DNA of 32,000 nt from an archaeon (GTDB taxonomy: Archaea; Iainarchaeota; Iainarchaeia; Iainarchaeales; CSSED10-239). Made by a program: the position numbers and the translations under genes. Where the stretch lies: positions 30,001-62,000 of the forward strand of contig JBBABY010000001.1 in assembly GCA_041657425.1 (NCBI GenBank). Direction: 5' to 3'. Under the pieces are notes generated by a model, which was not told the DNA's origin, searched no databases, and saw only the letters and a program-made list of their open reading frames with translations. Position 1 is the stretch's first letter, and each line of letters begins with the position of its first letter. Below, piece after piece: positions 24,088 through 32,000 of this stretch.

Positions 24088-24723
24088 TCATTTCCAATTT
24101 ATCTTTAAAACAAATAATTCTTCGAAAAATAATTTCTTTGTTCCTTTTATTTCCGCATTTAGTTTTCTTTCTTCTACGGTTTTTATTACTGATGGGACAT
24201 CATTGTGACTTGAGACCAGAAGAAAACAGACCCCGTCTTGTGCCAAATGATCAGAAAGTTGCTCAATAAATCTATCAATTATCTCTCGGCCATCCTTTCC
24301 GCCATCAACTGCTAAATCATAACCATTTATTTCATCATCATCTTCATCGTATTCTATTTCTTCTGATGGGACGTATGGTGGATTGAAGATTATTAAATCA
24401 AATTTCTTTTGTTCATCAACAGAATCAAAAAGATTTGAATAAACGACTTTCATTTTATCTAAACTATATTGTTCTTTAACATCTAGTAAATAATCTATTA
24501 CTATTGGATTAATATCAATAGAGGTTATTTCTTTAACATTTGGGTAAACTTCCAAAGATAAAAATGCATTGCCTGAACCAATCTCTATTGCTTTTTTTAT
24601 TTGTTTATTTGATTTAACTATTTCTTCCTCTAAAACATCTATCATTAGATCAGTATCATCGCTTGGAAGATAGACTCTAGCAGGTATATCTAAACTATAG
24701 TCTTTAAATTTAAGTATAGTCAT
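24088..24723 (-). CDS. HemK/Mtq2-like N5-glutamine (release factor) methyltransferase
   Basis: 211 aa. VYLPSDDTDLMIDVL, EIGSGNAF (motif I), IIFNPPYVP (NPPY catalytic motif) and DGGKDGREIIDRF. Confidence 0.8.
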   Translation of the reverse strand: MTILKFKDYSLDIPARVYLPSDDTDLMIDVLEEEIVKSNKQIKKAIEIGSGNAFLSLEVYPNVKEITSIDINPIVIDYLLDVKEQYSLDKMKVVYSNLFDSVDEQKKFDLIIFNPPYVPSEEIEYDEDDDEINGYDLAVDGGKDGREIIDRFIEQLSDHLAQDGVCFLLVSSHNDVPSVIKTVEERKLNAEIKGTKKLFFEELFVLKINWK

Positions 24724-24732
24724 ATATTATTT

Positions 24733-25473
24733 ATGAGTAATAAAGATTTAAATTATATTGATATTCATTGCCATTATGATGATTTGTCAATATCTCAATT
24801 AAAAGAAGAATTTAATGGAGAAATTCAAACATCTGTGTGTGCGGCAGTTTCTTTTAATAGCTTTGAGAAATTAGAAATCTTAAGGAAAGAAAAAATTCCT
24901 AACCTTTATTTTGCATACGGATTGTTTCCTGATGTAATTCTTGAGTACTCACTTGAGGAATGTTTATCTCAATTATCAAAAATGGACTTTTCACACGCAA
25001 TTGCTATTGGAGAGATTGGAATTGATTATAAGATAACTAAAGATCCAGAGAAAAGAAAAGAACAAAGAATTATTTTTGAAAAACAACTAGAAATTGCAAA
25101 AGCAAATGACTTGCCTGCAATTATTCACACAAGATATGCAACTAAATCTATTCTTGAAATCTTAGAACCATATAGTGGATTTCCAATAATCTTACACTGG
25201 TATGCTGGAAGTAAAGATGAAATACAAACTGCTCTTGACAGAGGATATTATCTAACAATTAGATTTAATAAACCAATTATCCCTAATATTAAAGATCACT
25301 TAGATCAAATATTTATTGAGACAGACTATCCTGTTCCTTTTGAAGGAAATCCTTTAAAAGTTTCAGACATTCAAAAATCTTATGAAACATTTGCTAAAGA
25401 GAACGACATAAATTTAGAATATTTAAAAGAAAAAATGAATAATAATTTTAATAAATTGTTTTTAAAAAAGTGA
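24733..25473 (+). CDS. TatD-family metal-dependent hydrolase/DNase
   Basis: IDIHCHYDD, GEIGIDY, AIIHTR, ILHWY and ETDYP form the TatD metal-ligand pattern. Confidence 0.8.
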   Translation: MSNKDLNYIDIHCHYDDLSISQLKEEFNGEIQTSVCAAVSFNSFEKLEILRKEKIPNLYFAYGLFPDVILEYSLEECLSQLSKMDFSHAIAIGEIGIDYKITKDPEKRKEQRIIFEKQLEIAKANDLPAIIHTRYATKSILEILEPYSGFPIILHWYAGSKDEIQTALDRGYYLTIRFNKPIIPNIKDHLDQIFIETDYPVPFEGNPLKVSDIQKSYETFAKENDINLEYLKEKMNNNFNKLFLKK

Positions 25474-25480
25474 AGAGCCT

Positions 25481-26104
25481 ATGTTTAAAAAAATATTTAA
25501 GAAAAACTCAGAAGTAATGGACTTATTAGTTGCTTGGATTAGTATATCTATTTGTTTTGCAATTGTCCTTGGAAATTATAGTTTGCTTGACTACATCGTG
25601 TCTAAACAATTTGTGTTTACTTGGAGTGGTTTTTTTACAAACTTTGGATTAAGTCTTTTAATTACTGCTACATCATTTATTGTCCACGAACTTGCACACA
25701 AATATACAGGAATACATTTTGGGGCACAAGCAAGATTTATTATGTGGCCTGCTTTTTTATTTATGGGTGTTGCTTTAGCACTATTATTTGGAGTTGTTTT
25801 TGTAGCTCCTGGGGCAGTTTATATTTTTGGAAAATCACATAGTAATAGAGAAGACGGAATTACATCAATGGCAGGACCAGTTGCAAACTTAATCATGGCA
25901 GGATTATTTTTTATTGCTGCAATTTTTGGAGCGCCTGCAATTATTGTAAGTTATGGTCTTGCTATCAACTTATGGATTGCACTATTCAACTTAATACCAT
26001 TTGGACCACTTGATGGAACAAAGATAATCAAATGGAATCCGCTTGTTTGGGGAATCCTTATAGCAATACCAATTGCTTTAATGTTTGCAATTGGTTTCTT
26101 TTAG
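25481..26104 (+). CDS. site-2 protease family (M50) membrane metalloprotease
   Basis: HELAHKY inside a TM helix and NLIPFGPLDG (NxxPxxxLDG) inside a later TM helix. Confidence 0.8.
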   Translation: MFKKIFKKNSEVMDLLVAWISISICFAIVLGNYSLLDYIVSKQFVFTWSGFFTNFGLSLLITATSFIVHELAHKYTGIHFGAQARFIMWPAFLFMGVALALLFGVVFVAPGAVYIFGKSHSNREDGITSMAGPVANLIMAGLFFIAAIFGAPAIIVSYGLAINLWIALFNLIPFGPLDGTKIIKWNPLVWGILIAIPIALMFAIGFF

Positions 26105-26106
26105 AA

Positions 26107-26193
26107 TTAAATTTTCTTTTTCTTAACTTTTGGTGCTTTTAGAATTGGTCTTGTCTTTTGTTTTCTAAAACTGGTCTTTGGTGTTGCTCCCAT
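26107..26193 (-). CDS. possible 28-aa highly basic mini-protein
   Basis: My translation is MGATPKTSFRKQKTRPILKAPKVKKKKI*. An AGGAG SD lies ~9 nt upstream, and the ATG is 15 nt after the cdc48 stop. Below the ORF-track size cutoff; no family recognised. Confidence 0.3.
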   Translation of the reverse strand: MGATPKTSFRKQKTRPILKAPKVKKKKI

Positions 26194-26208
26194 ATTTTAT
26201 TTCTCCTT

Positions 26209-28350
26209 TTATTGTATATAACTCATTATCTTATTTGTGGTCTTGAAGTTTTCATAATAACTTAACTGATCTCTTGAAACTGTTGGTTTTATTTTTTTAA
26301 TTACTTCAAGTATTTGCTTTTGAGAAAGTTTATTGTATTCATAATTTTTTTCTTTTAATGCCATTAATGTGGAATCAGTTATTAAAAGATTAAGATCTGC
26401 TCCTGAAAAACCCGCGGTTAATTCTACAATATCTTCAATATCAAGTTTATTATGCGGAATCTTATTTAAAAGAATCTCAATAATTTCTTTTCTTTCTTCT
26501 CCACTTGGAATATTAAACTCTATTATCTTATCTATTCTTCCACTCCTTAGAACTGACTTATCAATCAAATCTGGACGATTAGTTGCAGCAATAAAAATTA
26601 CATCTCCTGAAAGGTTATCTAATTCTGTTAATAATTGATCAAGAACTCTTGGATGATTGTATTCTGAATTATTCTTCTCTGTTGTTATTGAATCAATCTC
26701 ATCAAAGAAAACAATAACTGGAGAAACCTCTCTTGCTTTCTTGAAAATGTCTCTAATTGTTTTTTCTGATTGACCTACCCATTTGTTTAGAACTTCTGGA
26801 CCTTTAATATAAATAAAATTTATGCCGTAGTACTTTGCACAACCCTTTACAAACATTGTTTTTCCGGTTCCTGGTGGGCCATACAATAAAAGGTTTTTTG
26901 GAATCTTTAAATTCATCTTTTGTAAAATTTCTTTTTTATGAAGAGTTAATTCAATTATGTCTTTGATTATTTCTTTTTGCTCCTTTAATGCCCCTACTTC
27001 TTCAAGATTAACATCAGGAGTATCTACATATACTTCTCTTAATGCTGATGCTTGAACAACCGACAAAGCATAATCAAAATCAGATTTAGTAATTTTAATA
27101 TTCTCTAAAAGCTTTATTTCGTCTTTTGGATTTTTAAGATGCTTAATTGTGTTTTTTATTGTAGAAATTCCCGCTTCCTTAACAAGAGCAGACAAATCTG
27201 CGCCAACAAAACCGTGTGTTACTTCTGCTATTGCTTTTAGTGAAACATCACTTGCTAATGGAACACCTCTGGTATGTATCTTTAATATTTCTTCTCTTGC
27301 ATCAGTGTTTGGAATACTAATTTCAATTTCTTTATCAAATCTTCCTGGTCTTCTTAGAGCCATATCGATATCTGTTGGCCTATTTGTTGCGCCAATAACA
27401 ATTACTTCTCCGCGTTTTCCCATCCCGTCCATACAAGAAAGCAATTGAGCAACAACACGCTTTTCAACTTCACTAACTTGTCCGCCTTCTCTTTTTGGGG
27501 CAATTGCATCAATCTCATCAATAAAAATAACTGTTGGAGCATTCTTTTCTGCAGTTGCAAAAATATTTCTAATTTTTTCTTCTGCTTCGCCCATATACTT
27601 AGTCATTATCTGTGGAGCATCAACAGAAATAAATTTAGTTTTTAATTCTGCAGAAATTGCTTTTGCAAGAAGTGTCTTACCTGTTCCTGGAGAACCATAA
27701 AGAAGAATTCCTTTTGGTGGAGAGATATTTATTTTTTTAAAATACTCAGGATATTTAATTGGTAATTCTACCATTTCTTTAATTATTTCAATTTCTTTTT
27801 TCAATCCGCCAATATCTTCATAACCGACTATTTGGGGCGTTGGGATTTTAGAAATTGGTTTCTCATTAACTATAAATTGAGTTTGTTCATTTAGAATTAC
27901 CACCCCACTTGGATTTGTGGAAACTACATAGAATAAACAACTAACTCCGAAAGTATTAATTACAATTGTATCGCCTTTAATAAATGGCCTACCAGCTAAA
28001 CTTTTCTTAATAATTAAATCATAATTTTTAGAAATAAAATTAATTTCTTTAGTTGGTGCAATTGTGATTTGTGTTGCAGGAGTGGTTTCTGCCTTTTTTA
28101 TAGTGACGAAATCTCCAATTGTTATTCCTGCATTTTCTCGAGAATATGGATCCATTCTAATTATATCTTCATTTTCTTCTGAATCTTTTTCTGGCCAAAC
28201 TTGAGCAACCGTGGTTCTAAGTCCAGTAATCTCTATACAATCTCCAGAAAGAATTCCTAATTTTTGTTTTGTAGAGATTGAAAGACTTACTATTCCCTTA
28301 CCAACATACTCTTCAAGAGCTTCTTTTACTTTTAATTTTAATTCATTCAT
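26209..28350 (-). CDS. cdc48: Cdc48/VCP-like AAA+ ATPase (N domain plus D1 plus D2)
   Basis: 713 aa. Cdc48 N-domain (GKGIVSLSISTKQKLGILSGDCIEITG) and two AAA modules (LLYGSPGTGKTLLAKA / VIFIDEIDAI; LLYGPPGTGKTMFVKG / VIVFFDEIDSI). Confidence 0.9.
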   Translation of the reverse strand: MNELKLKVKEALEEYVGKGIVSLSISTKQKLGILSGDCIEITGLRTTVAQVWPEKDSEENEDIIRMDPYSRENAGITIGDFVTIKKAETTPATQITIAPTKEINFISKNYDLIIKKSLAGRPFIKGDTIVINTFGVSCLFYVVSTNPSGVVILNEQTQFIVNEKPISKIPTPQIVGYEDIGGLKKEIEIIKEMVELPIKYPEYFKKINISPPKGILLYGSPGTGKTLLAKAISAELKTKFISVDAPQIMTKYMGEAEEKIRNIFATAEKNAPTVIFIDEIDAIAPKREGGQVSEVEKRVVAQLLSCMDGMGKRGEVIVIGATNRPTDIDMALRRPGRFDKEIEISIPNTDAREEILKIHTRGVPLASDVSLKAIAEVTHGFVGADLSALVKEAGISTIKNTIKHLKNPKDEIKLLENIKITKSDFDYALSVVQASALREVYVDTPDVNLEEVGALKEQKEIIKDIIELTLHKKEILQKMNLKIPKNLLLYGPPGTGKTMFVKGCAKYYGINFIYIKGPEVLNKWVGQSEKTIRDIFKKAREVSPVIVFFDEIDSITTEKNNSEYNHPRVLDQLLTELDNLSGDVIFIAATNRPDLIDKSVLRSGRIDKIIEFNIPSGEERKEIIEILLNKIPHNKLDIEDIVELTAGFSGADLNLLITDSTLMALKEKNYEYNKLSQKQILEVIKKIKPTVSRDQLSYYENFKTTNKIMSYIQ

Positions 28351-28361
28351 TTTATTTCTAA

Positions 28362-29114
28362 TTAATATTGAGTTCTAGTATCTATTATAATTTGCCCTTG
28401 TTTTGGACCATCCATTATTCTAAATATACTTTTTGAACCAAATGCAAACAAATCAGAAGATATTTTTGTTAATGAAGTTCCTTTTAGTTCTGGATGTTTA
28501 GAAAATAATTTTTGATATTTCTTTTCTAATGTTTTTAATAAATTTTCTTTTTCTACTTCTGATATTAATTCTTTTTTATAACTTACAGATTCATATACTG
28601 AAATATCAATATTTGTTTTTGGATCAAAAAGTGCATAAATTGGCCTTATTGTGTCTATGCCTAATTCTTCTAAAATATTTGAAAGATGATATCTTATTGT
28701 AGAACTATGTTTGTATGCGTCTACTTTATTTAAACTTAAAATTCTTAAATCATAACTTTTTCTATTCTCTCTAGACACTAACCCTAAATCAAGTCCGGAT
28801 TTTCCTAAACTTTTTTTATATTGCAAAATAAAATCATTATTATCTATCAAAACTCTACTATTTCTATCTGTAAATTTATTTAATATTGTTTCTACAGAAA
28901 TACCATTATTACTTGTTTTTGACTCTTTTGTTAATTTAAATAAATAAGAAAATAATTTTGAAAACGTATTATTTTTTGCAATTTCAAAACTAGGATGAAT
29001 CTCCGTCTGTTTTTTATTTTGATCAATCTTTTCAAAAAGATGATCATAAACAGAAACCTTTTTTAGTTTTTGATTTATTAAACCCTTTATTTTTGTTAAT
29101 ATTCTTCCGGCCAT
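28362..29114 (-). CDS. hypothetical protein (250 aa) between NFACT-R gene and cdc48
   Basis: Long ORF ending 11 nt before the cdc48 start. No confident motif. One segment (TDRNSRVLIDNNDFILQYKKSL) is loosely reminiscent of the GRHSNIIL.D...IID strand region of NFACT-N; this is unverified. Confidence 0.6.
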   Translation of the reverse strand: MAGRILTKIKGLINQKLKKVSVYDHLFEKIDQNKKQTEIHPSFEIAKNNTFSKLFSYLFKLTKESKTSNNGISVETILNKFTDRNSRVLIDNNDFILQYKKSLGKSGLDLGLVSRENRKSYDLRILSLNKVDAYKHSSTIRYHLSNILEELGIDTIRPIYALFDPKTNIDISVYESVSYKKELISEVEKENLLKTLEKKYQKLFSKHPELKGTSLTKISSDLFAFGSKSIFRIMDGPKQGQIIIDTRTQY

Positions 29115-29155
29115 TTTTAATCAACCCCATCAATATGTATGTTATATTTACTTAG

Positions 29156-29962
29156 TTATTTTAAACTAACTATTTCACAGTCTCCAGGAGGGAGTGCATT
29201 CATTAGATCGTCCACTGAGATATATATTTCTTTTTTTATAAATCTGTCTTTTAAAGTTTTACAAATATCTGATTTCTTTACAGTCCCTGGTACTAGAGTA
29301 TAGTTTTGCTTAGAGTGTGCATTTACAGAAGATAAGGGGCCAGTAACTAATTGTTTTTTTTCTTGACTGTAACCAACACCAAATTCTAGATTTATTTTTT
29401 TATAATAGTCTCTTTTCCCTCTTATTACAAATGCGCCTGTGCCTACTGATTCTCCTGAACCAGCTGTTTTTGTTACTTGACCATAACCAACAGAATAAAC
29501 ATCAACTGAATAAGTTCCACTCTTCCAAGCAGAAGAATGAATTGCTGCAAAGTTTGCTGCTTCTTCTCTATCTTGTTCAGGAATTTCTTTCTTTCCTGGG
29601 TTTAAGAGAATTGTGTGTGGCGCACCATGAATGTCTGCATGAAAATAAATATCATTTTCTGAGAAATGTTTCTTTACAAGTTGTTCATTGTTCTTTGCAT
29701 CTCTTCCTGCTATTACTAAAAAACCACTACTTGTGTAAAACCACTTAAATTTTTCAAACCACTCTTTTGATTTCTCTTCTTTTTTTCTAATTTCGAGTTT
29801 TGGCTTTTTCTCTTTTGCTTTATCAATTGCAGACATCTTTTTATTTGTAATCATTACTGCTTTATCGATTCCTTTTATCTTTTCTAAATATCTGTTTCTG
29901 CCCTTATATTTATTCTCTGCATTCTTTCCCGCAGACAAATCAAACATTATTTCTATTTCCAT
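29156..29962 (-). CDS. NFACT-R (DUF814) protein: C-terminal-half homologue of RqcH/Rqc2/FbpA, lacking NFACT-N
   Basis: 268 aa. WFEKFKWFYTSSGFLVIAGRDAKNNEQLVKKHFSENDIYFHADIHGAPHTILL matches the NFACT-R core (f.s.dG..i.vGrn..qNe.L......D.w.Ha....GsHvvi). The N-terminal lysine-rich stretch is coiled-coil-like. Confidence 0.75.
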   Translation of the reverse strand: MEIEIMFDLSAGKNAENKYKGRNRYLEKIKGIDKAVMITNKKMSAIDKAKEKKPKLEIRKKEEKSKEWFEKFKWFYTSSGFLVIAGRDAKNNEQLVKKHFSENDIYFHADIHGAPHTILLNPGKKEIPEQDREEAANFAAIHSSAWKSGTYSVDVYSVGYGQVTKTAGSGESVGTGAFVIRGKRDYYKKINLEFGVGYSQEKKQLVTGPLSSVNAHSKQNYTLVPGTVKKSDICKTLKDRFIKKEIYISVDDLMNALPPGDCEIVSLK

Positions 29963-29964
29963 TT

Positions 29965-30504
29965 TTATTCAATACCTTGCTCTTTTTCTAAAATATCTAT
30001 TAATGCACTACTATGACTTTTCTGAATGTATGTAGGATTAGATAAATAAAATACGGTTCTTTCTTTTATATGATTATAAACATCTGGATAATTAAGAAAA
30101 TATTGCCTCTGAACATTATTATAATAATCTTCAACACTTTTTGCTAAATAACCAATTGCAATATTATATCCTTTTTCTGTAATCACTTCAGAACAATGAT
30201 AAATATTTGGCATTGATGTAATTATTTTTTTAAGATTGTTTGTTACTTTTTCATTAGAAATATCAACTTGAAGATAAGTCCAAACTCTTAAGCCATAACC
30301 TGCAACTTCTGCATTTAATGAGGGGATGTAGTGTTTAATTAATTTTTGTTTCTCCATTAGATCGATTGATGATTTAATTGTTGCTCTGTGAAAACCTGTG
30401 TGCCTTTTTAATTGCCTAATATTTGGAGTCAATACTCCTGGTTTTCTCATCGCTGATAAAATTTTTATTCTAATTGGATCTATGACTTTCTTTGATTCAT
30501 CCAT
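29965..30504 (-). CDS. Lrp/AsnC-like winged-helix transcription regulator
   Basis: IDPIRIKILSAMRKPGVLTPNIRQLKRHTGFHRATIKSSIDLMEKQKLI forms the HTH, followed by a RAM-like domain (GLRVWTYLQVD...IYHCSEVITEKGYNIAI). The stop lies 2 nt before the NFACT-R start. Confidence 0.65.
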   Translation of the reverse strand: MDESKKVIDPIRIKILSAMRKPGVLTPNIRQLKRHTGFHRATIKSSIDLMEKQKLIKHYIPSLNAEVAGYGLRVWTYLQVDISNEKVTNNLKKIITSMPNIYHCSEVITEKGYNIAIGYLAKSVEDYYNNVQRQYFLNYPDVYNHIKERTVFYLSNPTYIQKSHSSALIDILEKEQGIE

Positions 30505-30559
30505 ATTTCACTCACAAATAAGATTATACAAAAAAAGATATATAAATAGATTTAATTGT

Positions 30560-30569
30560 GCCAATTGGC
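30560..30569. promoter_or_regulatory. perfect 10-bp palindrome GCCAATTGGC upstream of the Lrp-like gene's TATA-like box
   Basis: Read in the minus-strand gene's direction: GGCCAATTGGCACAATTAAATCTATTTATATATC...ATG. It also lies immediately after the orc1/cdc6-B stop. Confidence 0.2.
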
Positions 30570-31784
30570 CTACTCAGAGAATTCAGATTTTAGTAAGTCA
30601 ATTATATTTTGAGCATCAATTCCAAGTCTTATTAATGTCGTATTTCCTTTGACTCCTTTTCCTGAAATTGTTGTAGAAATAAAACCATAAGTCTCAAGTT
30701 CAGTTATGTATTCTCTAAACCATCTTATCGTTACTCCTTTTTCAGAATACTTCTCACAAAGAGTACAATACTTATCATAGATTTCTCCTGAATAAAGAAT
30801 ATTTGAGTCCATTGATTGACCAGTAACTCCTAATATCCCCTTTGGTTTAAGAGAGCCTTGCGCAATTGCTAAGAGAACTAACTGTAATTGAACAGGCAAA
30901 GTTAGCACCATGCTTTTCATGACCTCTTGCTCTACTTTTTCTTTAGCATCATAGACTTCTTTGTCTGTTACTTTTGTGTTGCCGTTAAGGTCTGCAATTT
31001 CTCCGGCTCTTAAAAGAAGCATAACTGCACGTCTTGCATCTCCTGATTCTTTTGCTGCAATTGCTGCTGCTGCGTTAATTGCTGAATCGCTTACAACATC
31101 TTTCTTAAATGCAATATCAATTCTTTGGAAAAGAATATCCTTTAATTCCTCAGCGTTATAAGGAGGATAAACTGCTTCTTGCTCACAAAGAGAACTTTTT
31201 GTTCTTGAGTCAAGATTGTTTTTGAAAAATAAATTATTTGAAATACCAATAATAGAAACAGAACCGTGCTCAATTTCATCATTTGTTCTTGTAAGTGTGT
31301 AGATTAAATCATCAATTTCTTTTTCTTTAATCTTGTCTATTTCGTCAAGAACTACAATAAAGTTTGTTCTATTTTCTTTAATATAGGTTAAAAATTTGTC
31401 ATAAATAAAAGACCTTGAATAACCAAAGAAGTTTTGTTCAGGATAGAATAATTGAACACAATAAACTAATACAGTGTACTTCGTTTGATAATTTCTACAA
31501 TTTAAGTAAACTGTTAATAATGGCAAGTGCTGATCTTTTGAGAAATTTTCTAATTGAGAAATAACATGTCTTACAACTGTTGTCTTCCCTGTTCCTACTT
31601 TTCCATACACAAAGACATTGTGAGGCTTTGATTTCTTTAGAACTGGAGACAGCCATAAAGACAGATTCTTTATTTGTTCATCTCTAAATGGCAATCTGTC
31701 CGGCGCATAATGTGGAGATATCTTTGACTTGTCTGTAAAAACCGAATTTTCATTTAGAAAATTATAAAAAATATTCTCTGCCAT
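30570..31784 (-). CDS. cdc6: Orc1/Cdc6 replication initiator (paralogue B, 404 aa)
   Basis: YAPDRLPFRDEQ, Walker A VFVYGKVGTGKTT, Walker B VVLDEIDKI, SGDARRAVMLL and a C-terminal winged helix (FREYITELETYGFIST). Confidence 0.9.
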   Translation of the reverse strand: MAENIFYNFLNENSVFTDKSKISPHYAPDRLPFRDEQIKNLSLWLSPVLKKSKPHNVFVYGKVGTGKTTVVRHVISQLENFSKDQHLPLLTVYLNCRNYQTKYTVLVYCVQLFYPEQNFFGYSRSFIYDKFLTYIKENRTNFIVVLDEIDKIKEKEIDDLIYTLTRTNDEIEHGSVSIIGISNNLFFKNNLDSRTKSSLCEQEAVYPPYNAEELKDILFQRIDIAFKKDVVSDSAINAAAAIAAKESGDARRAVMLLLRAGEIADLNGNTKVTDKEVYDAKEKVEQEVMKSMVLTLPVQLQLVLLAIAQGSLKPKGILGVTGQSMDSNILYSGEIYDKYCTLCEKYSEKGVTIRWFREYITELETYGFISTTISGKGVKGNTTLIRLGIDAQNIIDLLKSEFSE

Positions 31785-31865
31785 TCTTCTCTCTTTTCTC
31801 CAAATCTATATAATCTATTACCACAAACTTTTAGAGAATATAATATATATAGAACGAAAGCCTTT

Positions 31866-32000
31866 TTATAGGTGTGGGCTTTGAAAAGCTAATGCTCTCT
31901 TTATTTCTGCATTTTCTAATATAGAGTAAAGTTTATTATGATATTTAGGATCTTTGCCATTAAAAACTGCTAGACCAACACTTGCTAGATCTCCATGAGT
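31866..32000 (-). CDS. hypothetical protein, C-terminal 44 codons only (gene enters from beyond the window end)
   Basis: My translation is ...THGDLASVGLAVFNGKDPKYHNKLYSILENAEIKRALAFQSPHL*, an open frame from position 32000 to a TAA at 31866..31868. Function unknown. Confidence 0.4.
   Translation of the reverse strand, partial: THGDLASVGLAVFNGKDPKYHNKLYSILENAEIKRALAFQSPHL

Noticed and set aside
25621-25842. 73-aa same-strand ORF inside the M50 protease gene
   Set aside because: It is an alternative frame of a gene with clear HExxH and NxxPxxxLDG motifs. Its Cys/Trp/Tyr-rich translation is atypical.
1-32000. Searched by eye for CRISPR arrays, IS elements, integrases, prophage genes, toxin-antitoxin pairs and known defence genes
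   Set aside because: I saw no regularly spaced direct repeats, terminal inverted repeats, or transposase, integrase or nuclease-helicase signatures. The window looks like core chromosome plus surface-structure genes.

Overview
Compact, strongly AT-rich archaeal chromosomal segment. It carries Rad50, Rpo6/RpoK, eS17, Pelota, PriL, Csl4, Rpo11/RpoL, a Sec11-type signal peptidase, PCNA, two Orc1/Cdc6 paralogues, Dph5, EndA, a DRG-like GTPase, an Mtq2/HemK-like methyltransferase, Cdc48 and an NFACT-R protein. Short genes, spacers of a few nt and GGAGG/GGTGAT Shine-Dalgarno boxes suggest a reduced-genome (DPANN-like) archaeon; this is inference only. I found no rRNA, tRNA, CRISPR array, transposase or integrase. 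The accessory content is mostly type-IV-pilus-like. Eleven proteins with class III (prepilin-type) signal peptides sit in three loci: 2623-3189, 14188-15661 and 17189-19712. The third locus lies behind two TadB/TadC-like platform genes, and the window holds no assembly ATPase or prepilin peptidase. Points worth a second look: (1) a five-pilin tandem array with a conserved four-Cys skeleton and one recently homogenised pair; (2) a 42-nt motif shared upstream of the two QxSxExxxL-type pilin operons; (3) an Orc1/Cdc6 gene coupled to two unknown genes beside the only long intergenic region (candidate oriC); (4) a co-directional Lrp / NFACT-R / unknown / Cdc48 / mini-ORF string that recalls ribosome quality control; (5) tandem methyltransferase-like paralogues between Mtq2 and a DRG homologue lacking canonical G3/G4 motifs. 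All functional calls rest on motifs read by eye; no database search was run.
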